64,000 nt of DNA, taken from assembly GCA_021838715.1 (NCBI GenBank), contig JAKCCX010000006.1:7948-71947 (forward strand), given 5' to 3'. Below, one piece after another: positions 56,530 through 64,000 of the stretch (position 1 is its first letter; each line of letters opens with the position of its first letter). The DNA is from Pseudomonadota bacterium (GTDB lineage: Bacteria; Pseudomonadota; Gammaproteobacteria; Burkholderiales; Burkholderiaceae_F). Position numbers and translations under genes: made by a program. The notes under the pieces were generated by a model that worked only from the letters and a program-made list of their open reading frames with translations, made no database searches and was not told the origin of the DNA.

Positions 56530-57155
56530 CAGCAGGACACTCCCCATGCCCGCAGAACCCGGGCATCGCCGACCCGGCATGCCGCCTCCGCCGACGGGCG
56601 CCCCGATTCGTACGCGTGGAGCGACAGCGGCGACCCGTCTTCCTGCGGTGCATCCCGCGGCGTCGGCGCATGGCCCCATTCGATCAGGAGGTCGACCACC
56701 CATGCGACGGCCTCGGCGACGCGCGCCCGCACGCAGGGGCGCAAGCTGCCGCCGAAGTCCTCGAGTTCCTCCGGCTGCACCCCGAACAACATCAGCCGTT
56801 CGGGCATCGCACCGATGAGCGCCGCGGACGCCAGCACCTCCTGGAATCCGGTCTGATGCAGGCTCATCTTCTTGGCGCCGAGGAAGCGCGGCACGTCATC
56901 GTCGGCGACCACGCGGACGCTGCCCGGCTCCAGCCCGTAATCGACGGCGTCGAAGACGATCAGACGCTTCGCGCACTGGACGTGGGGAAGCAGATAGAGG
57001 CCCTGGGTGCCGCCGTCGAGCGCCCGAACCGCCCGCGGCAGCTGCCAGCGCGCCGACAAGTCCTCGACGCAGCGGACCCCGAAGCCTTCATCCGCCCAGA
57101 GAAGGTTGCCGATTCCCAGAATCAACACCTCGGCCTGCGGATCGCCCGTGTCCAT
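56529..57155 (-). CDS. hupD: Hydrogenase large-subunit C-terminal endopeptidase HupD/HoxM (HyaD family)
   Basis: VLILGIGNLLWADEGFG, DGGTQG and HQTGF motifs. Confidence 0.9.
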   Translation of the reverse strand: MDTGDPQAEVLILGIGNLLWADEGFGVRCVEDLSARWQLPRAVRALDGGTQGLYLLPHVQCAKRLIVFDAVDYGLEPGSVRVVADDDVPRFLGAKKMSLHQTGFQEVLASAALIGAMPERLMLFGVQPEELEDFGGSLRPCVRARVAEAVAWVVDLLIEWGHAPTPRDAPQEDGSPLSLHAYESGRPSAEAACRVGDARVLRAWGVSC

Positions 57156-57159
57156 GGCA

Positions 57160-57861
57160 TCAATCCCGGAACGTGCGCAGGCCGCTGAACATCGATCCGA
57201 TCAGCGATTGCCGGCTCATGATGTCCTCGCGCACCCCGGCATAGACGTGCAGCATGACGAAGCAGACGATCCCCCACATGCCCAGATGGTGCCAGCTGTG
57301 CACCGCCTGACTGCCGCCGAACAGCGGGATGACCCACCCGAACAGGTGGGACTGCCAGCTCGTCGCCCCCTCGCCCTCGCCATACAGCGCCAATCCGGTG
57401 AAGATCATGAAGGTCGATCCGATCGTCACGAACAGGAACATGAAGAAGTGCGCGAGCGGATTGTGGCCGATGAACTTCTTCGGCGTCTTTTCCAGGAACA
57501 GGTACCAGCGCAGTTCGCCGATCATGTCGCGCCACCAGCCCGCCCGCCATACCGGGAGCACGAAAAGCTGCCGGGCATGCTCGTTGCCGACGAGCGCCCA
57601 ATAGACCCGGAAGAGAAACCCGACGACGAAGATCTGCGCCGCCGCGAAATGGGCGAACCGGATGTAGCCCATCTCGAAGTGCGCCGAAGCCTCGCCGTGT
57701 AGGCTGGGCAAGGGGCTGGCGATGAGATACCCGGTCACCGCCAGCACCGTGATGCACAGGGCGTTCACCCAGTGCCACAACCGCACCGGCGCCTCGTAGA
57801 CCAGGATGGTGCGTCCCGATGCCGTGCGCGGATCGTCGTCCGCCGAAATTGCCGTCGCCAT
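57160..57861 (-). CDS. hupC: Ni/Fe-hydrogenase b-type cytochrome subunit HupC/HoxZ
   Basis: Four TM helices with conserved His residues (RLWHWVNA, RFAHF, GHNPLA, HHLGMW). Confidence 0.9.
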   Translation of the reverse strand: MATAISADDDPRTASGRTILVYEAPVRLWHWVNALCITVLAVTGYLIASPLPSLHGEASAHFEMGYIRFAHFAAAQIFVVGFLFRVYWALVGNEHARQLFVLPVWRAGWWRDMIGELRWYLFLEKTPKKFIGHNPLAHFFMFLFVTIGSTFMIFTGLALYGEGEGATSWQSHLFGWVIPLFGGSQAVHSWHHLGMWGIVCFVMLHVYAGVREDIMSRQSLIGSMFSGLRTFRD

Positions 57862-57907
57862 GACGTCTCCCCCCTTCCTGGCCGTTGTCGCCGTGCTGCG
57901 CCCGGTC

Positions 57908-59707
57908 TCACCGCACCCGGATTTCGGACATCGACTGCCCGTCCGGACTCATGACGTGGGTCGAGCACGCAAGGCACGGATCGAAGCTGTGCAGGGTGCG
58001 CAGGATCTCCAGCGGCTGGTCCGCCTTCGCCAGCGGCGTATTCAACAGCGCCGCCTCGAACGCACCGATCTGTCCCTTGGGATCGCGCGGCCCTCCGTTC
58101 CAGGTCGTCGGCACGACGCACTGGTAGTTTTCGATCCGCTCATCGCGGATGTGCACCCAGTGCCCCAGGGCACCGCGCGGCGCTTCGGTGAAGCCGGCGC
58201 CCTTGCACACTTTCGGCCAGGTTGCCGGATCCCACTTCTCGTCGTTGGCCGTCGCCGTATTGCCGTTCTTCAGGCTGGTCATCAGCTTGTCGAATTCCTG
58301 GATCAGCAGGTTGGAGCAATACAGGCTCTCGATCCCCCGCGCGGCGGTGCGGCCCAGCGTCGAGAACAGCGCCGAAACCGGCAGTTCGAGTTTCGAGAGT
58401 ACCGAGTCGACCGTATCCTTGACGAACGGGTAGCGCTTCGGTTGCAGGTAGGCGAGCACCATGCGCGACAGCGGACCGACCTCCATCGCATGCCCGCGCC
58501 AGCGCGGCGCCTTGATCCACGAGTACTTCGCGCCTTCGTCGACTTGTTCGATGCGCGTGCGCGTGCCCCGGAAGTTGGGCCCCTCCGGCGCGTAGTGCGG
58601 TTCGGTGATGCCGTCGAAGGGGTGCAGGCCCATGGTCTCGTCGGGATAGGTGTACCAGGAGTGGACGACGTATTCCTGGATCTGCTGCGGATCCTTGAGG
58701 TCGACCTCATGGATTTCGTCCAGCTTCCCGCCGACCACCGCCCCGCGCGGCAGCAGCAGATTTCCGGTCGAATAGTCGTTGGCCCGATCGGGGATGTCGC
58801 CATAGGACAGGAAGCTGTTGCCGGCAAGACCGCCGCCGTAACGCCAGTCCTTGTAGTACGACGCGATCGCGATCAGGTCCGGGATGTAGACCTTGGCGGT
58901 GAATTCGTGCGCACGGTGGATGATGTCGTGAACGAGGTTCAGGCGCTCCATGTTGACGGCCCCGACCGCGCCCGACTCGTCGAGGTTGATCGCACAGGGC
59001 ACACCGCCGACCAGCCAGTTCGGATGCGGATTCTTGCCGCCGAATACCGTATGGATCTTGACGATCTCGCGCTGGAAGTCGAGCGCCTCCAGGTAGTGCG
59101 TCACCGCCATGAGGTTCGCTTCCGGCGGCAGCTTGTAGGCCGGGCTCCCCCAGTACGCGTTGGAGAACGGACCCAGCTGACCGCTTTCGACGAATTTCTT
59201 CAAGCGGTTCTGCACGTCGCGAAAATATCCGGGCGACGACATCGGCCAGTCGGAGATGCTCTGCGCCAGTTCCGAGGTCCGCTTGGGGTCGGCCGACAGC
59301 GCGGACACCACGTCGACCCAATCGAGCGCGTGCAGATGATAGAAGTGCACCAGATGATCATGCACGTAGAGCGTGAGCTGCATGATGTTGCGGATCGTGT
59401 TGGCGTTCTCCGGAATCCGGATCGCCAGCGCGTCCTCGACCGCCCGCACCGAGGTCAGGGCATGGGTGCCGGTGCACACGCCGCAGATCCGCTCGGTGAA
59501 CGCCCACGCGTCGCGCGGGTCCCGCCCCTTCAGGATGACCTCGATGCCGCGCCACATCGTGCCGGTCGACACGGCATTGCGGATGACGTTGTCCTGATCG
59601 AGATTCACCTCGACGCGCAGGTGGCCCTCGATCCGGCATACGGGATCGACGACCACGCGCTTGCCGGAGTTGTCGAGACGGAAGCCCTGCGTTTCATAAG
59701 CACCCAT
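57908..59707 (-). CDS. hupL: Membrane-bound uptake [NiFe] hydrogenase large subunit HupL/HoxG
   Basis: [20 protein letters not shown] and C-terminal DPCLACSTH, followed by a 15-aa extension ([15 protein letters not shown]). Start set at ATG 59707 ([14 protein letters not shown] upstream) rather than the track TTG 59713. Confidence 0.95.
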   Translation of the reverse strand: MGAYETQGFRLDNSGKRVVVDPVCRIEGHLRVEVNLDQDNVIRNAVSTGTMWRGIEVILKGRDPRDAWAFTERICGVCTGTHALTSVRAVEDALAIRIPENANTIRNIMQLTLYVHDHLVHFYHLHALDWVDVVSALSADPKRTSELAQSISDWPMSSPGYFRDVQNRLKKFVESGQLGPFSNAYWGSPAYKLPPEANLMAVTHYLEALDFQREIVKIHTVFGGKNPHPNWLVGGVPCAINLDESGAVGAVNMERLNLVHDIIHRAHEFTAKVYIPDLIAIASYYKDWRYGGGLAGNSFLSYGDIPDRANDYSTGNLLLPRGAVVGGKLDEIHEVDLKDPQQIQEYVVHSWYTYPDETMGLHPFDGITEPHYAPEGPNFRGTRTRIEQVDEGAKYSWIKAPRWRGHAMEVGPLSRMVLAYLQPKRYPFVKDTVDSVLSKLELPVSALFSTLGRTAARGIESLYCSNLLIQEFDKLMTSLKNGNTATANDEKWDPATWPKVCKGAGFTEAPRGALGHWVHIRDERIENYQCVVPTTWNGGPRDPKGQIGAFEAALLNTPLAKADQPLEILRTLHSFDPCLACSTHVMSPDGQSMSEIRVR

Positions 59708-59709
59708 GG

Positions 59710-60813
59710 TCAATTTCCTCCCCGCTGCCCGTCATCCCGACCGGCGGCATCGCCGGACTTGCCCCCGATCCGCCGCGCCGCGGAAGCCGCCGCATGCACG
59801 GCGACGACCGCCCCGGTCACCGCGGCCGCCGTTTCACCGACCTTGTCGGCATTGGCCTCGATGCCGAACTGATTGATGTTGGTGACCCGGTTGTAGAAAC
59901 CGCCCTTGTCCCAGAAATCCTCCTCGGAGCAGCCGAGGCAGGGGTGGCCGGACTGGATCGGAAACGAGACTCCGCCGTTCCAGCGGACCGTCGAACACGC
60001 GTTGTACGTCGTCGGCCCCTTGCAGCCCATCTTGTACAGGCAGTATCCCTGGCGGGCTCCTTCGTCATCCCACGCCTCGACGAACTCGCCGGCGTCGAAA
60101 TGGCCCCGCCGATAGCATTTGTCGTGGATGCGCTGGCCGTAGAACATCTTGGGGCGTCCCTGACGATCGAGTTCCGGGAAGCGGTCGAACGTCAGCAGAT
60201 ACGAAACGACCCCGGTCATGACCTCGGCGATCGGCGGGCAGCCGGGCACCTTGATGATCGGCTTGTCGAAGATGACCTTGTCGACCGGCGTCGCGCGGGT
60301 CGGATTGGGTTTGGCCGCCTGCACGCAGCCCCAGGACGCGCAGGTTCCCCAGGTGATGACCGCCTTGGCGTCGGCGCAGGTTTCGCGCAGCACCTCGACG
60401 AAGGGGCGCCCGCCGACGATGCAGTACATGCCGTCCTCGTTGAGCGGCGGGTTGCCCTCCACCGCCACGATGTAATTGCCTTTGTACTTCTGCTTGATGT
60501 CGGTGATGATCGCTTCGGCCTGGTGGCCCGCCGCCGCCATCAGCGTGTCGTCGTAATCGAGCGAGAGCATCGAGAGCACGACGTCCTTGACCAGCGGGTG
60601 GGCGGACCGGATGAACGACTCCGAGCAGCAAGTGCATTCCAGACCGTGGAGCCACAGCACCGGGGTGCGCGGTTTGGTCTCCATCGCATGGGCGAGGAGG
60701 GGCACGAATTCCGCCCCGAGGCCCATCGATGCCGCCGTCAGCGAACAGAATTTCAGAAAGCTGCGGCGGCTGATTCCTTGCCGCCGCAGCACCTCGTAAA
60801 AGGTTTCGGCCAT
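59710..60813 (-). CDS. hupS: Membrane-bound uptake [NiFe] hydrogenase small subunit HupS/HoxK, with Tat signal and six-Cys proximal-cluster signature
   Basis: Twin-arginine signal [18 protein letters not shown] and [10 protein letters not shown] motifs, plus a C-terminal membrane anchor. Trimmed to ATG 60813. Confidence 0.95.
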   Translation of the reverse strand: MAETFYEVLRRQGISRRSFLKFCSLTAASMGLGAEFVPLLAHAMETKPRTPVLWLHGLECTCCSESFIRSAHPLVKDVVLSMLSLDYDDTLMAAAGHQAEAIITDIKQKYKGNYIVAVEGNPPLNEDGMYCIVGGRPFVEVLRETCADAKAVITWGTCASWGCVQAAKPNPTRATPVDKVIFDKPIIKVPGCPPIAEVMTGVVSYLLTFDRFPELDRQGRPKMFYGQRIHDKCYRRGHFDAGEFVEAWDDEGARQGYCLYKMGCKGPTTYNACSTVRWNGGVSFPIQSGHPCLGCSEEDFWDKGGFYNRVTNINQFGIEANADKVGETAAAVTGAVVAVHAAASAARRIGGKSGDAAGRDDGQRGGN

Positions 60814-60869
60814 CGCTGATCTCCCCCGTCGATGCCATCCGGCGATGCCGGTGGCTTGGGGAAGAGGTA

Positions 60870-60884
60870 TCAAGACCCGTGCCA
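60870..60884 (-). promoter_or_regulatory. Candidate sigma54 (-24/-12) promoter of the hupS operon
   Basis: The minus strand reads TGGCACGGGTCTTGA, 57 nt upstream of the hupS ATG. The same TGGCACG-N4-YTGA pattern occurs upstream of the aldehyde dehydrogenase. Confidence 0.55.
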
Positions 60885-60914
60885 ACCCCTTCGCGGATTG
60901 CCGGATTTGCCGGA

Positions 60915-60927
60915 AATCAATAGCTTG
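60915..60927. promoter_or_regulatory. IHF consensus match upstream of the hupS promoter
   Basis: AATCAATAGCTTG fits WATCAANNNNTTR exactly. It lies between the -24/-12 element and the inverted repeat at 60995-61009. Confidence 0.4.
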
Positions 60928-60994
60928 GACGCTCCGCCGTGGTGCGTCGGAGCCGATGAACTGCAATTCGGTCAACCGGAGATTTCACGGGATT

Positions 60995-61009
60995 GGAAAG
61001 GAGCTTTCC
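60995..61009. promoter_or_regulatory. Inverted repeat, candidate HoxA enhancer site
   Basis: GGAAAG-GAG-CTTTCC, about 115 nt upstream of the -24/-12 element. Confidence 0.3.
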
Positions 61010-61077
61010 AGATGCGCATCCGCTGTCCGGAGCCGTCTCGACGATCGGCCCCACCGCAAACGTCTTATGGATGCGTC

Positions 61078-62364
61078 CTACGCCAGCGTCGATTCCCGGA
61101 TCATCGCGATCCATTCGCCGATGGGGCTCGAGGGCGGCTGCGGCCAGCACTCCGAGACTTCGTAGGCGATCTGGCGCAGATGCCATCCCGCCTCGCGCGC
61201 AAGCGCGGCAATCTCCCACTGCAGGGCCGGCTCTTCCTGAGCGGCGAGGACCGCCGCCCGCGGGTCGTCGACCCCGGCATCGGCGAGCCACCGGCCCAAG
61301 CGGTCGATCCGCGCGTCGATGAATGCCGTGGCGGCATCCTGGTCGTCTTCCTGCATCGAGTCGGAAATCCGCTTCCAGGAATCGATTCGGGCGACCGCGG
61401 CATCGAACGCCGCATGGCCGGCCGCCGCAACGGCCTCCCCGGGCGCCGTCCTCGGCAAGGCCGCCAGCAGCGCATCGCACAAGCCGCCATCGAAACTGCG
61501 GCGGTTGAACCGCAGCAACGGCGCGAGCAGGCCGCAGGCTTCGTCGGGATGGCGGTCGACAACGCCGGTCACGACCTCGGCCAATGCCAAGGCGCGCCCG
61601 TGCTTGCCGATCGCGTCGCCGTGCAAGCCCCGCGGGTAGCCGCTGCCGTCGACCCGTTCGTGATGCTCGGCGAGCGCCGACGCCACGGCCGGGCTGAGCA
61701 GCGGTTCGCGCTGGGCGATCAGCTGCGCCGTCAGCGGGTGGGCGAGCAGCGCGCGCCGCGCCATCGGATCGAGCGCCTTTCCGCCTTCGTACTGCGCGGG
61801 GTCGGCGTGCATCATGCCCATGTCATGGAGCAGCCCGGCGGTGACGAGCAGCTGCAGATCCCGATCGGAAAACCGTCCTCCCAGTCCGATGAACGCGGCC
61901 ACGAACGTGCAGCGCAGCGAATGCTCGTACAGGTCGGTCGCGGTGTCGCGGGCCACGGTGAGCCGGATCGCGATCGCCGGCGGCAGCGGGCAACGCTCCC
62001 AGGCGGACCACAGCCTCGCCGAACCGGCCCCCAGACCGGCCTCGAGGTATGCCAGCAGCGGAACCTCGGCCACCAGTTCACGCGCGCGGGCGGCAATGTC
62101 CCGGGGGCGGATCGCATCCTCGCTCGCCACGCAGCGGTCGAGCGGCTCGGCGAGCTTGTGTCCGAACAGCCGGCCAAGGATCCGGGTGTCGATCCGGGCG
62201 CCGGTGTCGAGCAGTTTGATGCCGTGGGTGGAATAGATCGGCTGCGCCGCGACCAGGGATCGCTTGTCGCCAAACGATGCCGCCGCCTCGAGATATCGAT
62301 CGTTGTCGAGCAAATCGGCGGAAACCGATTCCGGGGAATCCAGCATCGACTCTTGTTCTTGCAA
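61078..62364 (-). CDS. HD-GYP domain protein (probable cyclic-di-GMP phosphodiesterase/signalling protein)
   Basis: LLHDMGM and HHERVDGSGYPRGL motifs, flanked by N- and C-terminal regions of unknown function. Confidence 0.8.
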   Translation of the reverse strand: MQEQESMLDSPESVSADLLDNDRYLEAAASFGDKRSLVAAQPIYSTHGIKLLDTGARIDTRILGRLFGHKLAEPLDRCVASEDAIRPRDIAARARELVAEVPLLAYLEAGLGAGSARLWSAWERCPLPPAIAIRLTVARDTATDLYEHSLRCTFVAAFIGLGGRFSDRDLQLLVTAGLLHDMGMMHADPAQYEGGKALDPMARRALLAHPLTAQLIAQREPLLSPAVASALAEHHERVDGSGYPRGLHGDAIGKHGRALALAEVVTGVVDRHPDEACGLLAPLLRFNRRSFDGGLCDALLAALPRTAPGEAVAAAGHAAFDAAVARIDSWKRISDSMQEDDQDAATAFIDARIDRLGRWLADAGVDDPRAAVLAAQEEPALQWEIAALAREAGWHLRQIAYEVSECWPQPPSSPIGEWIAMIRESTLA

Positions 62365-62394
62365 CGAAAGTACGTTGGGCGATGATCCGCCGGA

Positions 62395-64000
62395 TCAATA
62401 CGGCTTTCGAACCCGCGGCACGGAAGCCAGTAGACGCCGAGTGTACGGATCCTGCGGGTGTTCGATCAACTCCTGCGCCGGACCGGTTTCGACGATCCGT
62501 CCGGCGGTCATCACCGCCACCTCGTCCGCCAGGTACTCCACGACGCCGAAATTGTGGGTGATGAACAGATAGGCGATGCCCCGCTCCTGCTGCAAACGGC
62601 GCAGCAGGTTGAGGATCTGCGCCTGCACCGAGACGTCGAGCGCGGATGTCGGCTCGTCGCAGATGATGAGCCGGGGATCCACCGCCAGCGCCCGCGCGAT
62701 CGCGATGCGCTGGCGCTGGCCGCCGGAGAATTCGTGCGGGTACCGAAAGCGCGCGTCGGGCCGCAGGCCGACCGTTTCCATCAGCGCCTCGGTACGCGCA
62801 CGACGCTCCGCCGCGTCGATTTCGGGCCGCAGCGCCAGCAGGCCTTCCTCGAGAATCTCCGCGACGCGCATCCGGGGGTTGAGCGATGCGTGCGGGTCCT
62901 GGAACACGATCTGCATGTCGCGCCGGGCGCGGCGCAAGGCATCGGCGGCCATCGCTCCGAGGTCTTCGCCATCGAGCAGCGCCTGGCCGCCGATCCGCGC
63001 CTTGCCCCGCAGCAGTTGCAGGATCGCTTTGCCGGTGGTGGTCTTGCCGCAGCCGGACTCGCCGACCAGGGCCAGCGTGCGACCGGCTTCGAGACGGAAC
63101 GAAACCCCGTCCACCGCCTTCGCGATGCCGTGGGTGGTTCCCCAGCGGCCGGTCGTGCGGATGGGGAAGTGGACGCGATAGTCCGAGACTTCCAGAAGGG
63201 GAGCGGTGTTGCGACCGCCCGCACCCTCACCCCCGCCCTCTCCCGCAACGCGGGAGAGGGGGCCTGGAAGTGCCACACCGGGCGTCTCCCTCCGGCCGCC
63301 GGAAAGGGGAACCCGAAATGCCGCATCGGACATCTCCCTCTCCCGCTCGCGGGAGAGGGAGCCTGGAAGCGCCACACCGGGCACCGGCATGTCCCCCGGC
63401 GCTGCGCCGGGGCGATACAGCACGCAGCGCACTTCATGGCCGTCTTCGATGCGGATCAGTTCCGGCTCGCCCATCCGGCACTCGGGTCGGACGGCGAAAC
63501 ACCGGTCGGCGAAACGGCAGGTGGTGAACGGGCGGTCGAGCGCGGGGACCGTTCCGGGAATCGCCTCCAGCGCATGACCGCGCTTGGCCATGTCGGGCAA
63601 GGCACCGAACAGTCCGCGCGCATAGGGGTGCAACGGGCGGGAAAAGAACGTCGACGCGGCCGCCGTTTCCACCACCTGCCCGGCGTACATCAGCGCAATG
63701 CGGTGCGCCATCTGCGAGACGATCGCGAGGTCGTGGGTGATGAGCAGCAGCGCCATGCCGTTCTCGGCCTGCAGTTCGCGCAGGAGGTCGAGAATCTGTG
63801 CCTGGATGGTGACGTCGAGCGCGGTCGTCGGCTCGTCGGCGATCAGCAGTTCCGGCTCCGCCGCAAGCGCGACGGCGATCATCACGCGCTGCTTCTGCCC
63901 CCCGGAAAGCTCGAACGGATAGTTATGGAAGCGCCGTTCCGGTTCGGGAACGCCGACGCGCCGCAGCCAGTCCACCGCGCGTTCGCGCGCCGCCGCGCCG
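62395..64000 (-). CDS. ABC transporter ATP-binding protein with duplicated ATPase domains (Dpp/Opp-type, GsiA/YejF-like); 5' end outside window
   Basis: First domain signature/Walker B ([15 protein letters not shown]...[12 protein letters not shown]); second domain [24 protein letters not shown] and [12 protein letters not shown]. The reading frame stays open to position 64000. The inter-domain linker carries two REP-like units. Confidence 0.88.
   Translation of the reverse strand, partial: GAAARERAVDWLRRVGVPEPERRFHNYPFELSGGQKQRVMIAVALAAEPELLIADEPTTALDVTIQAQILDLLRELQAENGMALLLITHDLAIVSQMAHRIALMYAGQVVETAAASTFFSRPLHPYARGLFGALPDMAKRGHALEAIPGTVPALDRPFTTCRFADRCFAVRPECRMGEPELIRIEDGHEVRCVLYRPGAAPGDMPVPGVALPGSLSREREREMSDAAFRVPLSGGRRETPGVALPGPLSRVAGEGGGEGAGGRNTAPLLEVSDYRVHFPIRTTGRWGTTHGIAKAVDGVSFRLEAGRTLALVGESGCGKTTTGKAILQLLRGKARIGGQALLDGEDLGAMAADALRRARRDMQIVFQDPHASLNPRMRVAEILEEGLLALRPEIDAAERRARTEALMETVGLRPDARFRYPHEFSGGQRQRIAIARALAVDPRLIICDEPTSALDVSVQAQILNLLRRLQQERGIAYLFITHNFGVVEYLADEVAVMTAGRIVETGPAQELIEHPQDPYTRRLLASVPRVRKPY
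63221..63283 (+). repeat. REP-like palindromic unit plus shared 22-nt tail, copy 1 inside the ABC ATPase linker
   Basis: GCACCCTCACCCCCGCCCTCTCCCGC-AAC-GCGGGAGAGGG, then GGCCTGGAAGTGCCACACCGGGC. Translated on the minus strand as [21 protein letters not shown]. Confidence 0.8.
63335..63382 (+). repeat. REP-like palindromic unit plus shared tail, copy 2 inside the ABC ATPase linker
   Basis: TCCCTCTCCCGC-TC-GCGGGAGAGGGA, then GCCTGGAAGCGCCACACCGGGC, exactly 99 nt from copy 1. Translated as [16 protein letters not shown]. Confidence 0.8.

Noticed and set aside
63221-63385. Possible CRISPR-like array (repeat, spacer, repeat)
   Set aside because: There are only two copies. The units are palindromic REP-like hairpins that also occur singly elsewhere. 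They lie in frame inside a coding sequence, and no cas genes are present.

Overview
High-GC (about 70%) beta-proteobacterium-like chromosome segment in three parts. (1) 1-18.5 kb is core housekeeping: tsaD end, plsY, ispH, radC, rpmB-rpmG, a desaturase, purN-rsmB-mscS, ribF-ileS-lspA, coaBC, dut, tRNA-Gly and tRNA-Cys. (2) 18.5-37.4 kb is the accessory part: a lower-GC, 23-gene xanthomonadin-like aryl-polyene (type II PKS) lipid-pigment island. It starts right after tRNA-Cys and carries unusual head-group and tailoring genes (GT2, PAP2-like, NodB deacetylase, two methyltransferases, no halogenase). (3) 37.6-61 kb holds an aldehyde dehydrogenase with a divergent sigma54 activator, then a 20-gene [NiFe] uptake-hydrogenase regulon on the minus strand: hupSLCDFHI, hypABFCDE, hoxA, H2 sensor hupUV, hoxJ, hoxN, hupK. 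An HD-GYP protein and a partial double-ATPase ABC gene follow. The small subunit carries the six-cysteine O2-tolerance signature, yet hoxO/hupG and hoxT/hupJ are absent from their usual slots. A GC-rich REP-like palindromic unit occurs four times, three of them translated in frame inside hypF and the ABC ATPase. No CRISPR array, transposase or integrase was seen. Function calls rest on motifs read from the translations, not on database searches.
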